A DNA stretch of 64,000 nucleotides from Guillardia theta CCMP2712 (Eukaryota > Protista > Cryptophyta): contig NW_005434672.1 of assembly GCF_000315625.1 (NCBI RefSeq), forward strand, positions 1,116,336 through 1,180,335, given 5' to 3'. The position numbers were made by a program, and so were the translations under genes. Under the pieces are notes generated by a model. That model ran no database searches and was not told where the DNA came from. It saw only the letters and a list, made by a program, of their open reading frames with translations. Below are positions 1 through 12,955 of this stretch, piece by piece. The stretch's first letter is position 1. Each line of letters begins with the position of its first letter.

Positions 1-31
1 CAAGGAAGAAGCTTTCAACCAGATTCAAAAC

Positions 32-910
32 TTGGACATAGCAGAATCCCAGGAAAGGGATACGGTAGACTTGGAAAAGATGTCAGAAGAAGAAAGGAAA
101 GAATTTGCAAGCAAGTTGAAGGATGACGTTGCCACACTGGAAACCTGCATTGACGAAATAACCAAGAACTCTGAGAACGATGAATCGAAGCCACCCCAGT
201 TAGTCCCTCCCTCTGATGAGAAAGAGCCTTCTCAACGAGGGTCGGGCAGCAGCAACCAGAGCAGCTCCTTGAGGAACGCGATCAAACGGATCGAGCAAGC
301 TCTTGACAACATCCGTTACGTCTCTCTGGGTTACATCTTAGTTGGTGTCACCGTCATTGGCTTGGGCATCTTCTCCATGTTGGGCATTCCTGCCTGGAGT
401 GCAGGTTTGTTTCTCCTCCTCATCGGGCTGATCAACCTGCGAAGAAAGAGTGCTTCCTATATGCTTGTGGCCCCGAGAGGTTTCCGATATGCCTCTGTTT
501 TTGCCGTCTTGCTCCTGCTTGCCTCTGCGGGGGTCTTCCTCTTCTCCACCATTGTGATCTCCTCGCTTGATGGAACTCCCACGTGCCCTGGAGACACAAT
601 CAACACCGTCTGCCTTCTGTCGCCCAGTGAGGCTGCGCCTGCAAACCTCGACTGCGACAAGAACATGACGCTCGCAGATTATGAGATGAAAGAATCTCTT
701 TGCACTGCGGTGTTTCTCTGTGGCAATCATACGATGCTGTTTGCTCCGTGCCACACAAAGGCCACGATCAACATGTCAGGATTCATTCTCTGTGTTATCA
801 TGGCGTTCTGCATTTTCTTTATTTCGGGATGGATTCAAGTCGTTCTTGAAAGGTACATCTCATCTCGTTCGAACCCACATGTTGACGTTTTGCTCCAGGA
901 GTGTCTCTGA
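32..910 (+). CDS. Four-transmembrane protein with Cys-rich loop (tetraspanin/MS4A-like topology), probably 5'-partial
   Basis: 292-aa ORF opening at TTG near the window edge. Acidic N-terminus, then four hydrophobic segments (VSLGYILVGV..., PAWSAGLFLLLIG, FAVLLLLASAGVFLF, GFILCVIMAFCIFFI) with six Cys between TM3 and TM4. Confidence 0.65.
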   Translation: MDIAESQERDTVDLEKMSEEERKEFASKLKDDVATLETCIDEITKNSENDESKPPQLVPPSDEKEPSQRGSGSSNQSSSLRNAIKRIEQALDNIRYVSLGYILVGVTVIGLGIFSMLGIPAWSAGLFLLLIGLINLRRKSASYMLVAPRGFRYASVFAVLLLLASAGVFLFSTIVISSLDGTPTCPGDTINTVCLLSPSEAAPANLDCDKNMTLADYEMKESLCTAVFLCGNHTMLFAPCHTKATINMSGFILCVIMAFCIFFISGWIQVVLERYISSRSNPHVDVLLQECL

Positions 911-1140
911 CTGCAACAGAGTTCGTAACGGTGGCAGGAGCATTCACTTTGCGGACCTGAGCTTCACTGCATACTTGCAACATGCCTTGTGTTGTGCCAA
1001 GACTCCTGAAGAACCGGAAACGACAGAGGTGTGAGGGGTAAAAGGTCAAGTAATGAAACTCTTACTAAGTAATTGGCTTCTGTTTGCACGTCAGAGCCAT
1101 CTCGCTTTACATAAGAACATGATCTAGGATATATACATGT

Positions 1141-4100
1141 CTACACTGTGATGACCTCATAGCACGTGAGGCCTTTCTTGTTTCTCAGCTTGTCATCAGC
1201 ACCTTTGGAGCGCAGGTAATCGCCAAGTTCCTTGTAGTTGAGCTGGTACGCCAGGTGGAGAGAGCTGTTCCCAGCTGAATTGGTTGCGTTAATGTTCGCC
1301 TTGTTCCGGAGCAGCAGCTGGCGATGCGTTTCTGCCCGTTCATGGCGCAAGTCAGCAGCATCGTGTTGTCCTCGGGGCCATGCCGGGTGTCCACCGCCAG
1401 GCCCTCTGCAAGAGCCTTCTCCACCTCTCGGTACTTGCCAAGCTTGCAATGCATGAACGCTGCCTCGACCTGCTGCTCGGCTGCGCTCTTGCTGCTCGAC
1501 AAGTCCTTGAGCTTCGAACCGGCGGCACTGCTGGAGGGAGCAGGAACCGTGGCGGCAAGCGGGCGAGATGGGGCGGCATCCTTGGATCGAGATGCTTCAA
1601 GCTTGGGCTTGTCAGGCTGCACGGTCTCGCTCTTCTTCTTGAGAGGCTTCACGCCCTTGCTCTTTCCCCGCTGGTCGCTGTCGCTCGAGGGGTCCGGGCT
1701 GATGTCGTTCTTGTTGTAGTTGGACCGCCGGTGAACCATCACCGGGGCTCGAGGCTTCGGCGCCTCGTCCGAGGACCCGGACTCTCGCTCGCTGTCGCTT
1801 CCTCTGGCCTTGGGCCTCTTGCTCGCCGACGCAGCCTTGCTGCTCTTGCCTCCATCACTCGTCTTGGTAAACCGAGGAGGCAGGCGCGCCCGACCTGCTG
1901 TCTTGCTGGGCCCCATGGCGGTGCCGGGCGCTGACCTGGTGGCCGCCTGCTGGGAGTGTCGCATCATGGAGGCAGCAGGAGGAGGCTTCATCTGGCTCAC
2001 CCCACCTGTTCCTCCAGCTGGAGGAGGCTTCATCTGCACCCTCTCAGCTGTCGCGCCTCTGCTGACCCCGCGGCCCTGCAGGTCGGAGAAGAAGGCCTGC
2101 ACTTGAGGAGCAGACTTGAATGCCTTCACCGCCCGCTGCTGTCGCGACTCCCACGACTCCGAGGAGGCCTGCGCGATCTTGCCTGGCGTCGCCTCGGCTC
2201 TGAATCGCTTGCCTGCCGCCTTGCTCGGGCGACGGAGTTGCGTTCCTGGAGGCACCTTGTACCGGTCAGGGCGGAGGAGGTGAGGAGGGGTGTAGAGGCT
2301 GTCTCGCGAGAGGATCGCCCTGCGTGCTCGGCACTTCTTCTTGGCCTGGAGCATGCGAGCAAACGACTGGAGGGTCTCGATCGCCCTCCTCCTCCTCTCC
2401 TTCCTCGACCGCGACACGAACATCCTCACGTTGCATTGCAGCAACGTGGCATAGCAGTCCCGCATCAGCTCCCGCTCAGCCGCCTCTTCCTCTGCCTTGA
2501 GGAGGAGGAGACGCGCGATCTTCTGCCTGATACAGCACTGGATGATGATGCACTGCTGGACTTTGAACTCGTGCAGCAGCTCCACCTCTCTCCTCCTCCT
2601 CCTCGACTCCTTCCTTCCCAGCATCCCTCTTGCCACCGTCTGGATCTTCTTCGCCGACCTCTCCTCCAGCTTCTCCCACTGCCTGTCCCTCGCTCTGCTC
2701 CTCCCGATCATCCCCCTCGTGTACTTCTGCACCACCAACGCAGCAGTTTCTCTCCTCCGCTCCTCCCTCGCTTCCCTCAGCCTCTTCCTTCCCAGACGAG
2801 CTCGGTACGCTATCTCTACACGGAGGGCCGCGGTGCTCTGCCATAGGAACACCCTCCATGCCCGTGCCGCCTTTCTTCCCATATGCCCGCGCACCACGGA
2901 CTGCAACCTTTCGGCCGCGTCGTTGAGTCGCTTCTCCGTCCTCCGCTGCTGCATCCTCCTCCTCGCCATCTTCCTCCTGCACTGCTGCTGCACGACCGTG
3001 ATGGCGGCGTCTTTCTGCATGCCGTCCACGATCTTCCAGTATCTCGTCCGTTGCACATGCCGCCGCAGGACTGCCTGCAAACTTGCGATCGCTCGCTCCT
3101 CCTCTCGCACCCTCCACAGGACGCGGAACTTCCGCCTGCCCACATGCCCTCGGTACGCAGATTGCAGCGCGAGGAGGCAGCGGATGTGCCAGCGGTGTTG
3201 GAGGAGAGGCTTCTGGTTCGCTCGCACCCACCGCCTGTCGAGATGTCCTCTCATCACCGACTGGATGTGGACGGAAGCGGACCGGTAGCTCGCACGCCTC
3301 GTGGAGAGGATGGAGCGGAGGAGGAACGAGCTCAGCCGGCTCTCTGCATGGTAGCGGAGGAATCTCCTCCTCCAGAACTTCCTCTTGAGGTTAGCGCTGA
3401 TGGTGGAAGTAGCCATCTCGAAGATCAGCTTCCTGTGCAGGAGGTTGCGGAGGAGGAAAGAGGAGATGTGCATCCCTGCGCGCTGCATCCTGAACTTGGG
3501 CACGATCAGCGATCGTTTCACTTGCGCCCGCAGCAAGTTGGCAGCAACGACGCGGCGCAGGAGCTCTTGCCGCATCCTGCCCCCTGCCCTCTGAGCGATG
3601 GACAAGGCTGCCTGCTGCCTCCTGTAGATCGACTGCAGCCGCCGCATCCTCGCGTGAGAGATCAGGATGTCTCCTGCTCGCTCAACAAACATGAGGCGAG
3701 CCACGTGTGCGAAGTAAGCATGCTGGATGCAGACGGCGGCCTGAAGCCTTCTCCTTTGCTCTTTGAGCACGGGGATCTTGGACGACAGGTCGATGGCTGT
3801 CCTGAGCATCAGCCTCGCCAGATGCTCGCGGTAGGCGCACTGGAGGATACGAACAGCTTCCAGCCTCCTCTGCATGTCCTACGTCAGTGGCGGGGCATGA
3901 CAAGTCGTGTCCTCACCTCCGTCCTCCTCCCCTTGCAGTCTCTCCTCCCCGTGTGCCCCCGGTACACTCGCACGAGCACGGCAGCAGCGTCCAGCTCCCG
4001 CTGAGCTAGCAGGGGAGGGAGAGCGACGTGTCTCTGTATCCACATGCGGGTCGCTGCCTGTATCCTCTTGGCGGCATTGGATCGGATGATCAACTCCCTC

Positions 4101-7100
4101 GCCCTCCGCAGCCGACCTGCCTCCATCCAGAACTGCCAGGCAGACATCCCGTCATGTGGAGGGGAGAGAGGAAGAGGGAAAGGGAGCAAATAGGAGGCGA
4201 GGGGAGGAGAAGAGGAGTAGAGGAGAAGATGAGGAGAGAGGAGGGGTAAGGAAGAGAGGGGAGGGGAGGGAAGGGGAGGAGGAGAGGAGAGAAGGGAAGG
4301 GGAGGTGGAGAGGAAAAGAGAAGAGGAGAGGAGGAGGAGAGGAGGAGGAGAGGAGGAGGAGAGGAGGAGGAGAGGAGGAGGAGAGGAGAGGAGAGGAGCA
4401 TACCATCTTCTGCCGCTTCAGCCCTTCTCGCGCTCTCCAGCATCGCACGACACACTGGATTTTCAGAGCGGCTCGCTGCATCTCCTTTCTCTGCTCCTTC
4501 TTCAAGACTTTGGCGAATGTTGACCGGCCGACGTGGCCGCGGAAGACAGCTTGCAGCAGGAGCGCTCCTGCTCTGCTCAGCACCTCGTCTCTCCTCTCCC
4601 TCATCCTCCTCCTCGCCAGGTGCATCTTGCAGGTGCCCACGAGTCGCTCGGCTGCCCGCTCGCGCTCTTTCTTCCAATACCTGAAAGTGGATGAGGCGAA
4701 GTGGCGGAGCGGAAGGTAAGTGGAGCGAGTACAGAAGTCAGGAGGATACAGGGGAAGCAGCATGAAGAGAGGAGAGAGAGAGGAAGGAGGGGGAGGGGGA
4801 GGGGGAGGGGGGAGCAGAGTAGGAGGAGATGGTTCGGGTAATTGGAAGCTGCAAGACTTTGAGGAGCTTCAAACCTGGCGATGGGTCGCTGGCGTGCAAA
4901 GGGGTTGGAGAAGCTCCAGGCCTGCAGGACGAGGGCAGAACAGCATCTCCTCCTCCCCATCACATCCATCGCATGCTCGTTGAACTCAGAGCGCGCGCGC
5001 CATGAGCGAGCGGCCGACTGGATCATAACGGCCGCCATGGCGCTGTCCCGCCAGAAAACTCGGCGGATAACGTTCCTCCTTGCTTGCCAGGAGCGGACGC
5101 AGCACTGAAGGCGGACGGCAAGCTGGTCCTTGCTGCTCGCCAGCCGCTGCTGGAGGTCGAGGAAGCAGATTCTTGCGCGGACTAGGTTTCGAGCGAGATG
5201 GCCAGCGAAGACTCGCTGGATGTCGATTGCTGAGTGATGCTGGATCTGTGAAGCAGGAGCGTTAGAGGAGGAAGGGAGATGAGAAGCAGGATAAGGAAAG
5301 ATGTCAGAAATGGAGGAAGAGGAGAAGGAGGAGGAGGAGGAGGAGGAGGAGGAGGACATGTTGAAGCAAAAACGAGAAATGATGAAGAGGCGGAGGAGGG
5401 GAGAGGAGCAGGAGAGTTACCAGGGACAGTTTGCGATGACGAAGCAGCACGAGTCTCCTTCTCGACCAGTAGTTGAGCACAGCACGTTGAATGCAAGCAG
5501 CAGAGAAGTCGTGAAGCTTTACACTCCTGTTGCCAAACGTGAGATAAGAAGAGGGGGAGGGGGGAGGGAGGGAAAAGGGGGACAAGAGGGAGAGGGGGAG
5601 GGAGAGGGAGAGAGGCAGGGGAGAGACAGGAGAAGGGAAGGGAGGGGAAGGAAAGAGGAAGGCAAAGGGGCAGAAGTAGGGGTAGTGGGAAGGGTTGGAA
5701 TGCAGAAGGGCCGATCGGGTGGGGAGTAAGTTGTACCAATCATCCTGGCAGCTGGTCCACATCGTCCTCGCAGCTACCCTCGCCATCCAGCACCTGACCG
5801 CTGACTGCACGACCATGACGCTCTCCTCCTCCTTCCTTCGGCACCGGTAGGCGATCAGCCGGCGGGAGAGTCTCTTCGTCATCTCCGTCATGTGCTGAGC
5901 TTGTAGCCGGAGCACGCAGCGCTCCTCGAGGTTCAGCCTCTGCTTCAGGCTGCCGATCGACAACCCCTGCCTCCTCCACACTGTCGATCCCGGGCAGCAG
6001 AGCAGCCTGCGATGCTCCCGGTGTAGCTCCGTCATGCTGCTCAGGCGAGTTAGCGCGATCCCCATCACTACCATACCCTCCTCCTCCCTCCTGTCCGTCT
6101 TCCTCACTGCCACTGACCTCACCCCTGCCCTGCCAACCCCCCTTCCCTCCTCCCCCTCCTCCTCCTCCTTCTCACAATTTTCGTGCCAGGTGGCTCCGAT
6201 AGGCGCACTGGATGCGCTTCGTCCTGTCTTGCCTCAGCTGGTGACAGAAATTACCGACGCTTCGTGCTGCATGCTCGTAGAGATCGTTGCGGCGCCGCCG
6301 ACATGTTCGCATCCGCCATGCGCTCTGTGATGAGAGTTGGAGTTAGAGCTAGAGTTAGAGGAGGTGGAGGAGACAGAGAACTCAGGAGGAGGAGAGAGGC
6401 AGTCTTACTTGTATGCAGGTAGCAGCAGGACCGTACTTCTTGTCCTCTCTTCTTCGCATCCTCTTCATATGCTGTGTGATTTTTACGAAGAAGGTCTGGA
6501 TTATCAGCGCAGCTCTTCTCCTCCTGCACTTGCTCCGTCACTTCCTCCTCTTCTCTTCCACCCACGTCACCTCATTTGCCAGTCTCTTGTCTGCTTCGCT
6601 CGTTTCTCTGCTGCCAGCCTGCCAACCCTCAACCTTGCGAGCATACACCTGACGTTGCTCTGCAACAGAGCTGCGAAGGCATAGATCTGCAGGGAGTTGA
6701 GGGGAGATCAAGAGGCGAGGAGGAGGAGCAGAAGGAGGAGGAGCAGCAGCAGCCGCAAGGGGAGGGGGAGAGGAGGAGGAGTCACCTGATTGCGGTACAT
6801 GCTCTCAAGGTGGACTGGTCTCCTCATCAACTGCGCTGCTTGTCGACGGGCAGCATGGCAGCGGTAGCAGCACTGGAGCAGGACAGCTCCATCCTCGTAC
6901 ACCCGCATTGCCTCCTGCGTGCGCAGCAGGTGCCGCTTGTAGGTTCTGTTGAGATGAGGAGGAAGGGAGTCCTCCGTCTCCCACGACTCGTCGGTCGAGA
7001 ACGGCCTTCTCCTGCTCATCTCCTTCCTCCTGCTCTCTGCGGCTCTGCTCATGATGAGATCGCGGACTCGCTGCTCAGACAGGAAGTCTTCTCCAGCTCC

Positions 7101-9504
7101 GGAAGTGGCCGGTATCCCATCAAACTGCAAACACAGCAGCTCGTCAGGAGGGCGAGCACGTCTCGAGCAAGGGGAGCACCTGAGTCGACATCTCCTTTTG
7201 ATGAGAGCTGTGGGTGGGGAAGGACGTTTGGAGGTAGTCAACCAGCCCCTTCTTGTTTCCCTTGGGGAGATACCTCAATGCACTCGAGCTGTTGCCGTGC
7301 TGCTGCTTCTCTTGAACCATGTGGAGCATGTCGAACATCGTGGGGTCCGTTGCTTCTCCCTTGTTAGAGATACTGTTGACATCTCCTCCCTCCCTCCTCT
7401 TGAAGATGTTGGAACCTCTCAGCCCCGCTCTCCCCTCCTCCTCCTCCTCCAGCGGCAGCGCCAGCATCGTCTGGACTTGCCGATCAGCTGTGGGGTTGCG
7501 CTTGAGATATTCGCTCTCATCCAGTCGTGAGGAGGAGAGGTGAAGCGGGAGCGACGCCTCCCCATCGCTCCCAAAGATCTCGCTGTCTCCATCCCTCCTC
7601 CTCTCCTCCTCTCCCTCGCTCTTCAGTTCCCACGCCCTTGTCCTTCTCGCTGACGCCGCCCAGGAACCTCGATGGATCGCGTGCAACGAGTGCAATCCGT
7701 TGGGCGTGATCATGCTCCTGCTCGCAGGAAATGAGGACGAGGAAGAGGACGAGGAAGAGGAAGAGGACGAGGAAGAGGACGAGGAAGAGGAGGGAAAGTT
7801 GGTGACATTCTGATAGTTCTATGATCCAGACTTTGTGAGACACAAGGAGGACCGAGAGGATCAACGATTGTCAAGTTGTGTGCAAACCTAAAATAGACAG
7901 ACAAACAAGGGGAAACAGACAGAAATTATCAGGGGCATGTGTTGAAACACAACAAACAGTCAACGAGGAAGTCAACATGGAAGGAAAAGGAGGAAGTAAG
8001 TTGTCCTACTATACCTCTCGCTGTTCCAAGCTTCGGAGTTGGCTTTAGATCGATGGGAATGATCGACGTTGGGGTTCCATTGGTCGATCTTCTTCTGCTC
8101 TCTCATTACGCGTGAATCGCCAACATTCTGATCACAATGGACCCTCACAGTCAGTCGCAAGTTCGACGAACATCGCAAGCTCACCGTAGAGCTCAGCGCA
8201 TGATCATCAACGGTCGACGAATCATTCGCAAGATGACGTGACCTCCCGTCCGACTCATTCAACTTCCACAGCTTCAGAGGAGAAACATCTGTTCCTTCAT
8301 CCCTTGTCCTCTCTGCGTACGTCGGGTTGGTACCCTGCTGCTTCTGACTTCCCTTGCTTATGCTCTCCCTCGCCTGGATGTAAATCTTGTGGATAGATTC
8401 ATACAGCGGGTCACTGAAATTCAAATATTTGGTGGCCGTTTCAAATGATCGCTGAATCCAGACCCAGCTCTCCTCCTGCCTCTTTAAATTCTTGTGCTCT
8501 GCACCCAGGTTGAAGTAGACGATCGTCAGCAGGCGGTACAGCCTCCTCTTGTCCGGTGTGTCCTTCACATCCTGTATCCTGTTGAGCAAGTCGTCTCTTG
8601 CGGACAGCAGCTGCCTCAAAGCACCCTCGTGTTGCCCTGCTTTGGACAAGGAGCCTGCGTACTGCAGCAGGACGTCCACCAGGTCGATCTCAACGTCCTC
8701 GGGTTGAGCTCTCAAGTCCAAGGACGAGCACAGCTGCAGCGACCTCTGAAAGTACTCCATGCTCTCTGCTACCTGCCCCAGATGCTTCAACAGTATCCCC
8801 ACATGAAGGAACGTAAAGGCTGCCAACGAGGACGGGATGGAGTGGTGCTTGTTGACCAAGTCCAGCGCCTGATGCAGAGAGCTCTTGGCTTGCTCAAGGT
8901 TCCCCGCAGAGATCGCAAGGCGGCCCAGACGGACGTACTCCTTGACGAAATGCTCGCAGGCCAGCAGGTAGTCCTCCGACCTCATCGAGTTGTGGGGGTT
9001 GAGGATAGCACCTGATTCGCGAGAATCGCTTGTGCGATCGAGGCCACCCGAGACGTTCGGATCGTTCCATACGCGATTGCGCGAGGAAGAGTCGAAGGTG
9101 CTGGATGGGGTAACATGACGCTCTCTGTGCTTCTGGAAGGGAAGAGACGTGCTCGGCCTTGGCTGGGCGTCGGGTGAAGAAGAGAAATGAAAACCGTTGC
9201 CTCCTCTATCGAGCTCTACAGTCCTAGACTTCTTCTGGAAGTCATATCCGTCACTTCTTGATGTCCTAGATGACCCGAGGACATCAAAGTGACTCCCTAC
9301 CACCTTCACCTCCGGCGCATGCCCGACTTCTTGCGTTGCGAGCGTAGAAAGCTCAGCCAAAGTCTTGATAGCCGAGTTTCTGGACGGGAGAGAGCGGGAG
9401 GTCAGGGAACTCACTGTCGACTGACTGATTGAATCGTTTGGGACCTTCAGCCGGGAGCTGAACCTGCTGGGCGTATTGTCCAGCAAGACGCCCTCCACCA
9501 CCAT
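1141..9504 (-). CDS. Large multi-exon protein: N-terminal TPR repeats, many IQ calmodulin-binding motifs, C-terminal ankyrin repeats
   Basis: TPR-like helices in ORF 7972-9504 (GNLEQAKSSLHQAL, GQVAESMEYFQRSL, VYFNLGAEHKNL). Many IQxxxRGxxxR motifs (IQSVMRGHLDRR, LQSAYRGHVGRR, IQTVARGMLGRK). Ankyrin end (NINATNSAGNSSLHLA). GT-AG introns, e.g. 3879-3916. Joining these into one gene is inferred, and there is an apparent 1-nt frameshift near 1319. Confidence 0.75.
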
Positions 9505-10194
9505 GTTGCAAATCTAGGTCAACGGTCGACCCTTCCAACCGCACATCTGCATGTCTGAAGACACGGGAGACTGATCCTCTCGCGAAAAAGGCAGAAGTCA
9601 GAAGATCCTGTCCTTCACATGCTGTCTCCTCGTCCTCCTCGTCCTCCTCGTCCTCCGTGGTGGGCGCGTCGCCATACCCAGTTGCTGCATTGATCCACCA
9701 GGGGCTAACCGGAAGCGGATCCAGGGGGGTCATGTATGCACAGTGGTGGTTGAGAGCCCTTGGGTCCATATCAGACCACTAGGGGTAGTATCCACCTGGA
9801 TGAGGTCAATTTCGCACATTTAGGTCAAGGACATAATGTCCTTTTCCAAATTGTTTTTGAAATTTCAAATTAAAAAACATTCTCCTTCATAAAAAATATA
9901 AATGTTTCAAAAGAATTCAAATCAAGCAGCTTTCGGAAAAGTCCTCAAGTTTCACATTCAAAGAATAAAAGGGGGTGGGAGTTACCAAGATGTCATTTGG
10001 ACCTGGTAGGGGTACAATCGACGTTACACCTATAGGGTGGGGTACTTCAACCTAAAACTATCTGATCTAAACTAACCAAATCCGTTGAACGCCTTGCCTG
10101 ATAGCTAGCTTGCACCCGGTAGATATTGGGGGAGACATTGGGAGGATACCGGGGTGGGGTACTTTGATCGTCCGTTGACTGCGGCATCAAGAAC

Positions 10195-12016
10195 ATGCTG
10201 CCGCAGTCGCAGGTCGAAGCGGAGGAGGCGGCTGCTCGGACGCTGCAGGCGGCAGTCAGGAGATGCAGGGCAGAGAGCAGAAGACTCACAAGAAACGTCA
10301 AGCACCTGGTCCTCGAGATCTTCGATCGAGCTTTCGTGATAGCAGTGAATCGAAGCATCAACAGATTTGCCAAGGAAAGAGCGAAGGGCGGGTGGTGGAG
10401 ACGGGCTTCGAAGATCTCAGCATGCTCTATGTTGACGTATACTTCAGGTGATCATGATAGATCAGGTTCTGGCCTCTTCAAACAGACTGAGTGTTTGTTG
10501 TCATGCAGTTTATACAGATGGAAACTCTCCGTCAGTTTCGAATGTGATGGACGAGAAACTATGGAAAGGAGAAGGCATCCGACTGTTTGGATGGAATGCA
10601 GTGCAAGAAGTATTCACAGTCATGAACAGACCGATGATCCATCGCTCGTCGTCGGCTTCATCCCCCAACAGCGACGATTACTACACTATCTCCAGAAACA
10701 TGCGACGTCGAGCTCGGAACAGTCAAGATAAATCGCAAACAGAGACGCCGGTCGTTGAGGAGCAGATTGTAGAAGAGGCTCCGACTGAGACTCAAGCACC
10801 TCCGAGTGTCTATAAGATCAGAGGAGACAACAAAGGAACAACAACGAAAGAGGAGGTATACACCTAATACTCTGTGTTTGCGCGATTTGAGTTTTTGATT
10901 TCTTAGGAAATCAATGCTTATATCAGAGAAAAAACGCAAGAGTACATTCATTCATCAGAACTCTATATCAAGGCGTATGAGTTGGTGAAAAGAAGGATTC
11001 TGAAAAATATGAAAAGAAAATACGAGAACTTAAAAGTGGCAATAACCCATTTTGAACAGCAATTTGAGAGAGAAAGGATTTATGATCTTCACAAGCCATA
11101 CTGGAGTGGTTACAAACCAAATCCAGGCATGGGTGAATACGATCTTTATCAAAGACAGCAGGCTTGGTTTGATGCTCTCGAGTTTTCAATGTCAGGCACA
11201 AGAATGCCTTGCCACAAAGCTCAGATCAGGAGGATACTCGACCTGGGGTTTCAAGTCTCCATAATGCAAGGAGTCGGTAGGAGGATGGTTGCGATGGCAA
11301 AGGTGGAGCTGCAGCATGCGAGTCGTCATTATGATCTTTGGAAAGAGCTCTTTGATATCATCACCCAACGAAAAAGGCAGCTGGCTGCTACAAGAATACA
11401 AGCTTTCCGCCGCGGCATTCTGACAAGGAGACTCTTGAACAAGCTTCGGTCTGGGTCGAGCCGTCACACTAATCTAAAAGCCTATTCAAGGTCGAGCACG
11501 AGCAAGAAGTTCTCCAAAAGCTTCGTTGGTAGCAAGGGACAGAGCCTGGCAGACTTACCCAACAGCCGGCGGAGAAAGTCGTCATCTCAGACTGCAGTCA
11601 GCGGCAACATCTTGGGCCAAGAAGCCAAGGGACTGAGGAAGAGGTTGATACACGAATACGTTCCTATCTACTCTCTGCAGATGTCTCAGCCTCAACACCA
11701 AGAGGATGATGAAGTTGAAGATGTACTCCAAAGGACTACTCAATCAGCCGAGCCCAGGAAGTGGAGCTCAACTGCAGTGACATTGATCAGGTGATGATCC
11801 TCTTGTGTTCTTCTACACTGATAATTTCTTGAAGGGAGGATTCGATCAAGGGTGCTCTCAAGATTCCCTTTAGGAGAGGTTAAGAAGAATTTCGTTTTCT
11901 CAATTGCCTTCATATGTTTGTACAGGATTGGCTCGACCCAAGTCCTCCAAAGACCGTCTGCGAGTATCCTAACACCTTCTTCACGATTCTCTTCTGCAAC
12001 AGTAAGTGATGATTAG
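10195..12016 (+). CDS. Multi-exon IQ-motif protein (3' end approximate)
   Basis: IQ-like motifs AAARTLQAAVRR and AATRIQAFRRGILTRR. A 270-aa exon ORF at 10982-11794 and short AT-rich introns. Divergent from the large IQ gene. Confidence 0.55.
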
Positions 12017-12322
12017 AGTTTTGAGTCCTGTCTTTATGTTTAATGCTCAAGTTTCCTACAAGTACTCAGAATGTATGCTCAGCTGTCAGCAAACTTGATT
12101 TGAGTACATTTCACCTCTTTCGTCAGAGGCCACCATTTTCTCTATCGTTATCATTTTCTACCACACATTCACGCAGAAGACAGTCAACAGGCTCTTTCCT
12201 TCTCGTACGCTCTGGCGTCTCAGGCATCATGGCAACTGAGGAAGGGAGAAAAAGCGACCCAGCACATTCATCTGTAAAGTCATCGCATCAGTGGGGTAGA
12301 AACAGGGCATGCTCCACAGACT

Positions 12323-12790
12323 TCAGCTCCTCTTGATCCGAGGTTGGTTCCTCCTCGATGAACGAACGAGTGCAAGGATACCAATAACGAGGGCTCCGAC
12401 TGCGATCACCAGGCTGCAACACAACGTCGACAAGCTCAGGACAATTGAACTACATACAATCCACGTTTAACACCTGATGATCGATGTGACCAGCGCTCCG
12501 ACTGTCAGTGCGAAGGCGTCAACGTTCTCAATGTACAGGGCAGTGTCAAGATGGACTGGGGATTTGGGCGAGGATCCTGGAAAGAAACCCATTCCTGGAG
12601 ACCAGAATTTCATTTTCTGGCATATGAAAGATGCAAAAAGGTTGTTTAGCGATGAAAATTTTTGGATAGAGAAGGAATCATGTTTTAATCGTGTGTAACC
12701 ATTCAGCCCAAAAAATTCATACCTGGAGGCAGCATTGGACAACAATGTGTGGTCAATGCAAGTTAGGACCAAGCGTTGACTTGTTTTCAA
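12323..12790 (-). CDS. 3' exons of an unknown gene ending in a transmembrane segment
   Basis: Splicing by eye gives ...ENVDAFALTVGALVTSII|SLVIAVGALVIGILALVRSSRRNQPRIKRS*, a hydrophobic helix plus basic tail. 5' exons unclear. Confidence 0.35.
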
Positions 12791-12800
12791 AGTCCTTTCC

Positions 12801-12955
12801 TCTCATCTCATCTCATCTCATCTCATCTCATCTCATCTCATCTCATCTCATCTCATCTCATCTCATCTCATCTCATCTCATCTCATCTCATCTCATCTCA
12901 TCTCATCTCATCTCATCTCATCTCCTCTCCTCTCCTCTCCTCTCCTCTCATCTCA
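12801..12955. repeat. (TCTCA)n pentanucleotide microsatellite grading into (TCTCC)n
   Basis: Directly visible tandem array. Confidence 0.97.

Noticed and set aside
1324-4004. Long plus-strand ORFs antisense to the IQ gene, and similar ones opposite the receptor and coiled-coil genes
   Set aside because: Shadow ORFs caused by GC-rich codon bias, with no domain motifs.
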